A DNA stretch of 64,000 nt from Opitutia bacterium (lineage in GTDB: Bacteria; Verrucomicrobiota; Verrucomicrobiia; Opitutales; Opitutaceae): assembly GCA_947478395.1 (NCBI GenBank), contig CANJVR010000002.1, positions 256,001 to 320,000 on the forward strand, given 5' to 3'. The translations under genes and the position numbers were made by a program. The notes below the pieces were generated by a model that was not told the origin of the DNA, searched no databases, and saw only the letters and a program-made list of their open reading frames with translations. The stretch's first letter is position 1; each line of letters starts with the position of its first letter. Below are positions 32,118 to 42,242 of the stretch, one piece after another.

Positions 32118-32765
32118 TCAGTCCGTCTTTTTCGGTGTGATGATGCCGACTTCGCGCGCGTAGCGCGTATGGCTGCCCGCATCGTGTAAATCCAGTTTCC
32201 GCGTGAGATTCGGGAGGTGGTTATCGGACCGGCTTCACGCTGATGAGAAGTTTCGTGGGAATTCCGCACGTATTTTGCCTCTCGGCGACAAGTCGAAGAA
32301 CCTCCCGCTCACTCCCGGTGCTAAAATCCGGAGTTCGGCTGGCCATCGGATTCGCGATGGTGTTGCGGAGCAGTCCGGCGCCGGCCGGGCCGAGGGACGT
32401 GCCGCCGTTCGCGCCGGTCTCGAGCCCTTTCTTGGCTCAAAGAGTCTGGCGGTTTTTCCAGGAAGCCGTGTGCATCGGCTTCAAACGTTTCTCGGAGGAG
32501 GACCGGATTTTCGCGCCCTGAGCAGACCAGTACGCGGTACGAAGGGAACTTTCTTTGGGACGCGCCTATGCAGGTCGACGCCGTTGGGAGAGGGCATTTT
32601 GGGATCGAGAACCAGGACATCAGGGTTCTCGTCGAGGATCAGCAGGACGGCGGGCTGGCCGTCTCCGGCTTCGTGGATAAGTTCGTAACTGGGTTCGAGG
32701 CGGACGATTTCCGCGCGCATTTCGCAGCTGGCGGTCTCCTCTTCGGTGACGCCGGGTCGCTTCAC
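32118..32765 (-). pseudogene. Decayed NarL/FixJ-family response regulator (receiver plus LuxR HTH)
   Basis: Four successive frames give EAGDGQ..DVLVLD..MP..NGVD, RVLVCSGRENPVLLRE..EADAHGFLEK, KKGLET.ANGGT..EREVLRLVAE..KLLISVK and DNH..NL.RKLDLHD....TRYAREVGII*. At least 3 frameshifts. Confidence 0.8.
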
Positions 32766-32814
32766 GTTAGAACGTAAATCCGCTTTGTTTTGCTGGCGGC
32801 AGCGACTCCAAGGG

Positions 32815-32889
32815 TGGTGGGTTGGCCGGGACTCGAACCCGGAACCAACAACTTAAAAGGATGCTGCTCTACCATTGAGCTACCAACCC
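32815..32889 (-). tRNA. tRNA-Lys (anticodon TTT)
   Basis: Reverse complement GGGTTGGTAGCTCAATGGTAGAGCA..CTTTTAA..GGTTCGAGTCC..CCAACCCACCA. It has D and T loops, an acceptor stem and an encoded CCA. Confidence 0.93.
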
Positions 32890-33063
32890 GAACCCGTGGA
32901 AGGGTCAAAAATGCATTTCGCGCGGCGCGCATGGCAAGAAATTTCTCGGAAGCTTGTCGCGCGGCGATTGACCCGCGAGGTTGGCGGCCCTAATTCACCG
33001 CGCAGTTTCGAAAATCTCGTGGGAACAATTCAAAAATACGCCGATCAGAGCGAGGCTGACCGT

Positions 33064-33666
33064 ATGTCAACCAAAGCTCACGAAGTGGCCCTCGATCACG
33101 CGCTCGTTCACCGTTTCAAGGGGGGAGATCAAGCGGCGTTTGACGAGATGGTGAGCCGTTACTGGGATCGCATCTATTCAATGGTGCACCAGTTGCTCCG
33201 CAATCAACAGGATGCCGAAGAAGTTACGCAGGATGCGTTTATTCGTGCGCACCGCGGGTTGGCGAATTTTCGCGGGGAATCCGCTTTCTCCACTTGGCTC
33301 TATCAGATCGCAACGAATCTTGCGCGCAACCGCTACTGGTATTGGTGGCGGCGAAAACGGGATAAATCCATTTCCTTCGACGCCCCCGTGAGCATGGACA
33401 ACGACACGACCCTGGCCGACATCATCCCTGCGGAGGTGGAAAGCCCCGACGATATTGCTGTCACGTCCGAGTTCGTCGCCCGGATTGCGCGGGGTATGGA
33501 GCGCCTCAGCGCCAAACATCGTGAAATTTTAACCCTCCGAAATGTGAAAAACTTGTCCTACGAGGAGATTGCCGAAATCCTGCACATCTCCGTGGGGACC
33601 GTTAAGAGTCGGATTGCGCGGGCCCGCGACAGCCTAAAAGCCAAACTGGGGGAAGATTTTAAATGA
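33064..33666 (+). CDS. ECF sigma-70 factor (RpoE-like); alternative GTG start at 33019
   Basis: DAEEVTQDAF, FSTWLYQIATN and LSYEEIAEIL.ISVGTVKSRIARAR motifs. Confidence 0.92.
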   Translation: MSTKAHEVALDHALVHRFKGGDQAAFDEMVSRYWDRIYSMVHQLLRNQQDAEEVTQDAFIRAHRGLANFRGESAFSTWLYQIATNLARNRYWYWWRRKRDKSISFDAPVSMDNDTTLADIIPAEVESPDDIAVTSEFVARIARGMERLSAKHREILTLRNVKNLSYEEIAEILHISVGTVKSRIARARDSLKAKLGEDFK

Positions 33667-34370
33667 AAGACTCCGAATTCATCGAACTCCTTAATCTCTA
33701 CCTCGACCATGAGATCGGCGCAGCCGATGCGGCGCGGCTTGAGGCTGAAGTCCAAAAGCATCCGCACCGGCGGAACATTTACCACGAATATTGCCGCATG
33801 CAGAAAGCGTGCGTCGTGCTCGCGCAGCAATCCGAGGATGCGGCCGTTTCAGCCCCGCAACGGGTGGTGGCGTTTGAGCCCGGTCTACGGTGGGGGTTGG
33901 GCACCTACGCGCTCAGTTTGGGTGCGGCAGCCGCCTGTATAGCGCTCGTGTTCGTGGTGCGTAATCGGACTGTTCCGATCAGCGAGCCGACTCAAATGCC
34001 AGCTGCGATCGCCGTTTCCTCTCCCGCGCTGGCCGCGGCGGTTGCGCAAGCCCAGCCGGAGGGTTGGCCCGCGCGATCCATAGCCCGGACGGTTTCTGTG
34101 ACGCCGCGCGCGGTCGAACTAAAATCCGTACTTGTTTCGCAGGCCTTGGCCCTCTCGCGCGACACCGCGCAAACGGCGGATCTTTTGCCCGTTAGCGACA
34201 GCCGCTTTGAATGGATGAACCGGGTCCAAGTTTCGTCGCTGCGTCTCGTTCCGGCGGATGAGCTCGTTTTCGAGGTAAAGCCGGTGCGGCCTTCTGCAAC
34301 TCGTACCATCACGAGCCAGCGTTTAAATGAGGGCCAAGTTGAGTGGACGGCTTATCAGTTCCAACGCTGA
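33663..34370 (+). CDS. Putative anti-sigma factor
   Basis: ELLNLYLDHEI anti-sigma-like N-terminus, one TM helix, and overlap with the sigma gene stop. Confidence 0.7.
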   Translation: MKDSEFIELLNLYLDHEIGAADAARLEAEVQKHPHRRNIYHEYCRMQKACVVLAQQSEDAAVSAPQRVVAFEPGLRWGLGTYALSLGAAAACIALVFVVRNRTVPISEPTQMPAAIAVSSPALAAAVAQAQPEGWPARSIARTVSVTPRAVELKSVLVSQALALSRDTAQTADLLPVSDSRFEWMNRVQVSSLRLVPADELVFEVKPVRPSATRTITSQRLNEGQVEWTAYQFQR

Positions 34371-34390
34371 TTCAAAAACCGTCGGGCGCT

Positions 34391-34993
34391 TCAGCTCAGC
34401 GCTCTTTTGATGAGCGCCTCGGTCGTCGCTTTCAGGCCGAGGACGAGGGCCGCCTGACGGACAGCAGCATCGGCGTCGCTCGCCTTGTAGCCGAGTGCAA
34501 CCAATGCGGCTACCGCGTCCTGATGCGCATTGCTGGCTGCACGAGGTTCGGCTGAATTCGGCGCCAGGGCCGTTTCATTGTTAGTACTGGCGCCGACTTT
34601 GGATTTGAGTTCCACGACGAGGCGCTCGGCGGTTTTTTTCCCGATGCCGGGACATTTCGCGAGCGTGGCGATGTCGCCGCTTCGGATTGCACTTTCAAGC
34701 AGAGGCACCGAAAGCCGGCTCATGATCCCGATCGCCCCCTTGGGGCCCACGCCGGTCACGTGTTCGATCATCAACCGGAAAAAATCGCGATCCGCCGGTG
34801 TCGCAAAACCGTACAGCGTCTGGGCGTCCTCCCGATAAATCACATGCGTGTGCAATTTGACGGTCGAACCCACGGCGGGCATTTTTTCCGCCGTCGTTAA
34901 CGGAACGTTCACCTCATAGCCGAAGCCATTGAGTTCAATGGTGGCGTGAAGCGCGGTGGCCGCGGTAAGCAGGCCCTGAATCGAAGTTATCAT
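34391..34993 (-). CDS. ruvA: Holliday junction branch migration protein RuvA
   Basis: GFGYEV, REDAQTLYGF, VTGVGPK, PGIGKKTAER and ALVALGY motifs. Confidence 0.93.
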   Translation of the reverse strand: MITSIQGLLTAATALHATIELNGFGYEVNVPLTTAEKMPAVGSTVKLHTHVIYREDAQTLYGFATPADRDFFRLMIEHVTGVGPKGAIGIMSRLSVPLLESAIRSGDIATLAKCPGIGKKTAERLVVELKSKVGASTNNETALAPNSAEPRAASNAHQDAVAALVALGYKASDADAAVRQAALVLGLKATTEALIKRALS

Positions 34994-35724
34994 TACTTCA
35001 GTCCGAGCACGTCCTGCATGTCGTAAACTCCGGGCGTCTGTCCGACGACCCATTGTGCAGCGCGCAATGCCCCTGACGCGAAGATGCCGCGGTCGCTGGC
35101 GCGGTGCGTGAGTTCAATGCGCTCTCCAAGGGCAGCGAACATGACGGTGTGATCGCCCACGACATCGCCACCGCGCAGTGCGTGAATTCCAACTTCGGTT
35201 GAGGTTCGTTCGCCAACGATGCCCTCGCGTCCGTGACGCAGGGCGGAGGATGTCAGCTTGCGTTCCTCGAGGATAATCTCGAGCAGCCGCGCGGCCGTGC
35301 CGCTGGGGGCGTCCTTCTTGAACCGATGATGCATCTCAATCACCTCGGCGTCGTAGTCGGCGCCGAGTACGCTGGCGGCGCGGCGGGTGAGGGCAAAAAG
35401 AAGATTCACGCCGACGGAAAAATTTCCTGCCCACACGCATGGCACGTTGGCAGCAAGTTCGAGCAACTTTGTTTTCTCTTCGGCGCTGTGTCCGGTGGTG
35501 CCGATCACGACTGCCTTGTGCCGCGCAACCGCGAGTTCGAGCAAATTTCGCGTGGCGCGATGCGAGCTGAAATCGATCACCACGTCGCACGTGTCGAGGT
35601 GCGTGGCGAGATCGTCTCCGGCGTCGATCGCTGCAGAGACGGTGATTCCAAGCAGCGGCGCGGCCGCCGCGATGGCCTGGCCCATGCGGCCCTTGGCGCC
35701 ATTTAGAAGTACGTTAATTGCCAT
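34993..35724 (-). CDS. dapB: 4-hydroxy-tetrahydrodipicolinate reductase
   Basis: GAKGRMG, IGTTG and EMHHRFKKDAPSGTA motifs. Confidence 0.95.
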   Translation of the reverse strand: MAINVLLNGAKGRMGQAIAAAAPLLGITVSAAIDAGDDLATHLDTCDVVIDFSSHRATRNLLELAVARHKAVVIGTTGHSAEEKTKLLELAANVPCVWAGNFSVGVNLLFALTRRAASVLGADYDAEVIEMHHRFKKDAPSGTAARLLEIILEERKLTSSALRHGREGIVGERTSTEVGIHALRGGDVVGDHTVMFAALGERIELTHRASDRGIFASGALRAAQWVVGQTPGVYDMQDVLGLK

Positions 35725-35740
35725 GACGCGGAGGAACAAT

Positions 35741-36628
35741 TCAGCGCGCCAGACTGGCGAGCACGTGGCGGAGCGCTGGGATATTGGCCGCTGTCATTTC
35801 GCTCAGCGGTAGTCGCACCTCCGGCGAACCGATGACCCCAGCGTCGGCCAATGCGAGTTTGATTGGAGAGGGGTTCGACTCGACAAAGATCGCCTTGAAC
35901 ATCGGGTAGAGCCGGCGGTGCAACGTCACGGCCTTCGCAAAGTCACCGGCGAGAGCGAGGCGCACAAGTTTGCTGACCTCGCGCACGTACATGTTTGACG
36001 CCACGCTGATCACACCTTCCGCGCCCAAGGCCATGAAGGGCAGGGTGAGGGAGTCGTCGCCACTCAACACCGTGATGTCGCGACCGAGCGCCTGCTTGAG
36101 TTGATCGACGCGATCGACGCTGCCGCCGGCTTCTTTGATCCAGCGCACGTGATTGTATTTCGCGCGCAGCCGCTCGACCACGGGCACGCCGATCTCTATA
36201 CCGCAACGACCGGGAATGGAGTAGAGAATGATCGGCCGGTCGGTTGCCTCGGCGACGGCGCTGAAATGGCGAAACAGGCCTTCGGCCCCGGGCTTGTTGT
36301 AGTAAGGCGCGACGACGAGCATCGCGTCCGCCCCCGCGGCGTGCGCTTGCTGGGTGAGATCGACCGCCTCTTGCGTCGAGTTCGAGCCGGTGCCAGCGAT
36401 GACGGGCACCCGACCTCGCGCGGCCACGACGGTGGCGCGAATCACCTCGATGTGCTCTTCGTGATTGAGCGTCGGTGACTCTCCGGTGGTGCCGACCGGG
36501 ACCAAGCCATCGATCCCGCCCTTGATCTGGTATTCCACCAGCTTTTTCAAATCGTCATAGGCAACCTGACCTTGGCGAAAGGGGGTGACGAGGGCGGTGA
36601 TCGCACCGGTAAGCGGACGAAGTTTCAT
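35741..36628 (-). CDS. dapA: 4-hydroxy-tetrahydrodipicolinate synthase
   Basis: GTTGESPTL, PYYNKP, IKEA and LSGDD motifs. Confidence 0.95.
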   Translation of the reverse strand: MKLRPLTGAITALVTPFRQGQVAYDDLKKLVEYQIKGGIDGLVPVGTTGESPTLNHEEHIEVIRATVVAARGRVPVIAGTGSNSTQEAVDLTQQAHAAGADAMLVVAPYYNKPGAEGLFRHFSAVAEATDRPIILYSIPGRCGIEIGVPVVERLRAKYNHVRWIKEAGGSVDRVDQLKQALGRDITVLSGDDSLTLPFMALGAEGVISVASNMYVREVSKLVRLALAGDFAKAVTLHRRLYPMFKAIFVESNPSPIKLALADAGVIGSPEVRLPLSEMTAANIPALRHVLASLAR

Positions 36629-37066
36629 GAGAGTTTTGCGAAGGCGAGGATTGGTGCCTCGCCGATGAAAGCAGGGCGATTTAAAGATTCCGCAACGCTT
36701 TTTTGCCTAGGGCCGACATCACCCTAATCGCTGAAATTTTCCACGACCGGTTCAAGCTCGTGGCGGACCCTGGGGCCAGCCAGAGCGTGAGCGAATCGGA
36801 CAAGTCGGGTTACTTTCGCCCTCCAGGCCGCTTGAACATGGACCGCGGGCTTTAAAAAATGAGCAGACGAGGGGCAAATCGACTTTGCTTACGAGGCCGG
36901 AAATATTGGACGTTTTCCGCGGAGGAATCCGATTTCGCCGACGCTTTCCGCGATCTAGCCGAGTTCACTTCCTGGCCGGTGGCCGCGCGAAAATATTTCC
37001 CACAATTGAAGCGTTTTTAGGGCTTGGTTTTCATCTGGGCGGGCGATTGTCTAACCGGTTTCAAAC

Positions 37067-37972
37067 ATGGGACTGGCACTTTTATTTGCAGGACAAGGCG
37101 CCCAGAAGGTGGGCATGGGAAAATCGCTCCACGACGGTTCCCCGGCCGCCCGGGCGGTTTACGCCGAGGCTAATCGTGTTTTGGGCTGGGATCTCGCCGC
37201 CATCAGCTTCGCTGGTCCTGAAGCCGATCTCACGCCGACGAAGGTCTGCCAGCCGGCGCTTTTTGTGCACGGTCTAGCCGTCCTCGCCGCTTTGCGCGAA
37301 CAGGGCAAGGCGCAGATGATCGATTTTGCGCTGGGTCTGAGTCTCGGTGAAGTCACGGCGTATACCGCCGCGGGAGTTTTCGATTTTGCGACCGGATTGA
37401 AGGTGGTCGCCGAACGCGGACGACTCATGCAGCAGGCCTGCGAGCGAACTGTCGGCGGGATGGCGGCGATCATCGGCGAGGAACGCGCGAAAGTCGCCGA
37501 GTTGTGCCGCGAGTTCGATATCGAGGCGGCCAATTTCAACGCGCCGGGACAAATCATCGTCTCCGGTGAAAAATCGAAGGTGGAGTCGGCGGTGGCCGCC
37601 GCCAAGGAGCGTGGTATTAAAAAGGCGATCCCGCTGAACGTCGCCGGCGCCTATCATTCGCGGCTGATGGAGCCGGCGCGCGTGGCCTTCGCGGCGTTTT
37701 TGGACGGTATCACTTTTTCTGCGCCGCACTTCACCGTGCTGACCAACACCACCGGGCAGATCGTGCGCGATCCCGCCGCGATCAAGGCCGCGCTGGTGAA
37801 GCAAGTGGTGTCGCCCGTACTCTGGGAAGATTGTACGCGCGCCGCCGTCGCGGCTGGGGCCACGGAGTTCTGGGAACTTGGACCGGGCGGAGTCCTGGCC
37901 GGTTTGGCGCGACGCACCGACAAGGCCTGGAATGTGAAAAGTTTTTCCGAGTTTACTGATCTGACCGCCTGA
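37067..37972 (+). CDS. fabD: Malonyl-CoA:ACP transacylase
   Basis: FAGQGAQ, GLSLGE, AGAYHS and ELGPG motifs. Confidence 0.93.
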   Translation: MGLALLFAGQGAQKVGMGKSLHDGSPAARAVYAEANRVLGWDLAAISFAGPEADLTPTKVCQPALFVHGLAVLAALREQGKAQMIDFALGLSLGEVTAYTAAGVFDFATGLKVVAERGRLMQQACERTVGGMAAIIGEERAKVAELCREFDIEAANFNAPGQIIVSGEKSKVESAVAAAKERGIKKAIPLNVAGAYHSRLMEPARVAFAAFLDGITFSAPHFTVLTNTTGQIVRDPAAIKAALVKQVVSPVLWEDCTRAAVAAGATEFWELGPGGVLAGLARRTDKAWNVKSFSEFTDLTA

Positions 37973-37974
37973 AA

Positions 37975-39771
<1,797 letters not shown>

Positions 39772-39785
39772 CACCGTTCCCCGCT

Positions 39786-41087
39786 ATGTTCGGTTTCTTC
39801 GCCTCACCGGAAAAGAAAATGCGCGACAACGCGGCCAACTGGATCGAGCTGGCCGAGAAGATTTACCATTTCCGCCGCGATGTGCTGCCGCACGACCAGC
39901 TGTCCCGGCTCGTCCAGCAAACTGCGGCGTTGAAGCAAGGCGTGAAACAGCGGGTCGAGACGGCGAAGCTCAAGCTGATCATCGAGGAAACGGAGGCGGT
40001 TCTGCGCGAGACGGGCGGGACGCTTTATCCACGGGGTTCGCTGGTGGAGAACATCGAATTTTTCGTCGTAGCGGCCATCGTGATCCTCGGCATTCGCACG
40101 TATTTTGTGCAGCCGTTTAAGATTCCCACGAATTCAATGTGGCCGAGCTACTACGGTATGACGGGGGAAAATATTCCATCGGACGGGCCGTCGCCCAGTT
40201 TTGTGCAGCGGGCCTTTCGACTCGTGGCGTTTGGCGCGCAGCGCAAGGAAGTGATTGCGCCCCGCAGCGGCGAGGTTTCGGCGTTGTTTACGGAGTCCGG
40301 TACCATGCTGGCGGCACCGCGCAACGGTCGCAACTGGTTCGTTTTTCCGGCGACGATGAGCGAGTATACGTTCTTCGTGGACGGTCAGCCGGCGACGGTG
40401 CGCGTCCCGGTCGACTTCCACGATTTCGATCGCATGGTGATCGAGACTTATTTTGGAACGCAGGCTAAGTTCGAGTCTGAGTGGAACCGGCTTTTCAAGG
40501 AGCGGGGCTTGGAGTCGACCACGGCGAAATACGACGAAGCCGGCCACATGGTGCGGGCGATTCGCATGCCGTTGGGCAAGGTGGCGAAGTCGGGAGAACC
40601 CGTGCTGCGTTTCGATTTGTTAACGGGCGACCAGCTTTTGGTCGACCGCATGAGTTATCATTTTGTCCGGCCTTCCGTCGGGCAGGGCTTTGTTTTTCGC
40701 ACCGACAACATTCGCAGCGAAATGATGCGTGATCGGGCCGGGCAGCAAATTGTTTCCTATTACATCAAACGTCTCGTGGGCACGCCGGGTGATACACTGG
40801 AGGTCAGGCCCCCGCAGATTTTCCGTAATGAAAAGCCGATCACGGGAGCGTCGGCTTTTGAGGCCAACGCGCAGCGCAGCGGAAAATACACCGGCTACGT
40901 GAATGCGTATCTGCTGGGTTCAGGAAAAACCGTGACCGTGCCGCCGCGGAGCTACTTCGCGATGGGCGACAACTCGAGCAACAGCCAGGACAGCCGCTAC
41001 TGGGGTTTTGTCCCGTCCAAGGATGTCGTGGGCCGACCGATTTTCATCTATTATCCCTTTACCAAACGCTGGGGCGCGGCGAAGTGA
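39786..41087 (+). CDS. lepB: Signal peptidase I
   Basis: FKIPTNSM, YIKRLVG and MGDNS.NS.DSRYWG motifs. Follows lepA. Confidence 0.92.
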   Translation: MFGFFASPEKKMRDNAANWIELAEKIYHFRRDVLPHDQLSRLVQQTAALKQGVKQRVETAKLKLIIEETEAVLRETGGTLYPRGSLVENIEFFVVAAIVILGIRTYFVQPFKIPTNSMWPSYYGMTGENIPSDGPSPSFVQRAFRLVAFGAQRKEVIAPRSGEVSALFTESGTMLAAPRNGRNWFVFPATMSEYTFFVDGQPATVRVPVDFHDFDRMVIETYFGTQAKFESEWNRLFKERGLESTTAKYDEAGHMVRAIRMPLGKVAKSGEPVLRFDLLTGDQLLVDRMSYHFVRPSVGQGFVFRTDNIRSEMMRDRAGQQIVSYYIKRLVGTPGDTLEVRPPQIFRNEKPITGASAFEANAQRSGKYTGYVNAYLLGSGKTVTVPPRSYFAMGDNSSNSQDSRYWGFVPSKDVVGRPIFIYYPFTKRWGAAK

Positions 41088-41706
41088 GCTGGATGCGGTG
41101 TTGAGTCGGGTTCGCGGGAATTTCCCGCGCCGTGCCGGCCCCACGATGATCCAAACGTGGTTCGATGGGACGGATGGCGACGATTTGGGCGCGAGCGCTC
41201 CACGATGATGTAGATGCGTCGCATTCCCAATCTAACCCCTGAAACGAGAGATCATAGTGCGTTTTATAATCGCGGTGAATTCAGCAGCACGGGTGGGCTG
41301 ATTACGAAAGAGCGTTTCGAGAGCGACGATGTTGCGACGCAAAAAGCCAGATTACGGCCAGCGTTGATACGTTGCCGTAATTCAGATTCTGGCATCACCC
41401 GCTTTCCGTAGTCGGAACGAGGTGACGGAGTACGAAACCGGAGAATCGCGACGCTCTGAGAAGGGAAGTAACCTCCAAGCGTCAGAAGATTTTGTGGGAT
41501 CAGGTCTCGGTTCCAAAGCAAAGTGGGGGCGCGGTCCAAAACCATAAGCCATGTCCACACCGATGGCGGGGTCAGAGCGGAGAGCGGGACCTCGCTCCAA
41601 CGCGAAGCGGAAGAAATTCGAGGACGAAAAAAGGGGCCAAGGCCCGCGTGTTCAGTCGTCTTTTGCGATTCACTGTCTTTTCCGTGGAAGCACAGCGGCG
41701 CCCAAT

Positions 41707-42126
41707 TCAGGGTTGGGCTAATTTCCTAGCTTTGGTCTTGGGAAGTTTATTTTGCGCCTGCTCGATGCAGTTCAAAATTCGCTTAACATCGCCCGCACTG
41801 AACCAATCCTGCCTGTTAAGTGCCAGGAACAATTTGAGATCCATCAAAGGGCCATCGCTTTCAATAATGTAGCACGGTAACCAGCGAAACTGTTTTTCGT
41901 GCCCGTTATTTTGCAGCTCCCAAACCGCCTTTAAAATGAGGCGACCCTTCAAAACGACGTAACAATGGTCATCGCTGGCTCGAACGACTATAGGAGAAAG
42001 GATGCCGTATTCTAAGATTTCCGCCATCAGAGGGGCCAGAGGCGCTGTGAACTGCCGTTCCGGGAACGACATCGACAGCGTAAGTTGAGCGGGTTTCAGA
42101 TGAACGAAGCGTCGATTTGCAGGCAT
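41707..42126 (-). CDS. Degenerate ParB/Srx N-terminal domain protein
   Basis: L.AEILEYGILSPIVVR....YVVLKGRLILKA...LPCYII follows the ParBc pattern (SI...G..QPI.V...Y.I..G.RR..A), but the RR residues are lost. Confidence 0.6.
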   Translation of the reverse strand: MPANRRFVHLKPAQLTLSMSFPERQFTAPLAPLMAEILEYGILSPIVVRASDDHCYVVLKGRLILKAVWELQNNGHEKQFRWLPCYIIESDGPLMDLKLFLALNRQDWFSAGDVKRILNCIEQAQNKLPKTKARKLAQP

Positions 42127-42131
42127 GGCCT

Positions 42132-42139
42132 AATTAAGG
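42132..42139 (-). promoter_or_regulatory. Island motif CCTTAATT, 5 nt before the ParB-like ATG
   Basis: Minus strand reads ggccgCCTTAATTaggccATG. Confidence 0.6.
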
Positions 42140-42242
42140 CGGCCCAAGCCTGGACATCTCCGCCCCCTGCTTAGCGTCAGTGATCTGATGCAGGACGGCC
42201 GGAAGATATTGATTACCGCCCCGTATTTAGGGGGTTTTTGGC

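Noticed and set aside
32815..32889. tRNA-Lys as the integration site of the island
   Set aside because: It is 8 kb from the island with core genes in between, and I saw no duplicated tRNA 3' end or integrase.
36629..37066. Canonical lysine riboswitch, SRP RNA or 6S RNA upstream of dapA
   Set aside because: The hallmark motifs (AGAGG.GC, CAGG..GNRA..AGCAG, the 6S central bubble) are not evident. It is kept only as an unassigned structure.
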